From Hydrolagus colliei (lineage: Eukaryota): DNA of 64,000 nt. A model generated the notes under the pieces. The model saw only the letters and a list, made by a program, of their open reading frames with translations. It had not been told where the DNA came from and did no database searches. Location: positions 41,106,001-41,170,000 of the forward strand of contig CM068745.1 in assembly GCA_035084275.1 (NCBI GenBank), written 5' to 3'. A program made the position numbers and the translations under genes. This document shows positions 63,705-64,000 of this stretch, one piece after another (the stretch's first letter is position 1; every line of letters begins with the position of its first letter).

Positions 63705-64000
63705 CTGACATCGGGAGGACGTCCCAAAGCGCTGAACAGTCAGGTCGGGACCTGAGTGAAGGGTGGGTGGGTGGGAGGGGTAGGAGGAAGGGGAAGGAGA
63801 GTGGGAGAGGGAGAACAGTTAGTGGGGCAGCCAAAGGCATGGTCGAAGAGGAAGGTTTTGAGGCCGGCCTTGAAGGAGGAAAGGGAGGAAGCAAGGCAGC
63901 AGGGCTGTGGGATGGAGTTCCACAGTGTGGGAGCAGAGAGGCTGAAAATCCGAAAGCCGATGATTGGGCAGTTAGGGCGGTGGACGAGGAGCAGGCCTGT
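63705..64000 (-). mobile_element. L2 3' end, runs off window
   Basis: ACATCGGGAGGACGTCCCAAAGCGCTG stem-loop and GATGGAGTTCCACAG (LWNSI on minus strand). Confidence 0.9.

Noticed and set aside
33000-64000. GAP43 last exon expected by synteny on the minus strand
   Set aside because: I found no matching acidic terminal exon or recognisable UTR. It is probably beyond the window.

Overview
Vertebrate genomic DNA. The repeat content (young CR1 and L2 LINEs, tRNA-headed SINEs with a Deu-like core and L2-type tail) points by inference to a cartilaginous fish. The only host coding sequence I can support is the terminal exon of an IgLON gene, most likely LSAMP (22235-22335, +, GPI-anchor signal), which the ORF track misses. 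Bases 1-22234 are therefore intronic, and a TE-poor stretch after the stop codon may be a long 3' UTR. Most other recognisable features are transposable elements: a head-to-tail cluster of three near-identical CR1 copies, several L2 copies, about 18 copies or fragments of one SINE family, older SINE relics including an LF-SINE relative, Tigger/pogo-like and hAT non-autonomous elements with intact TIRs and TSDs, a decayed Charlie/SPIN-type transposase and a solo LTR. The most striking structures are a perfect 80-bp-arm fold-back at 57523-57698 and a 17-bp snap-back at a CR1 5' junction. I found no convincing novel multi-gene system. All family names come from recalled motifs, not database searches, and boundaries of old repeats are approximate.
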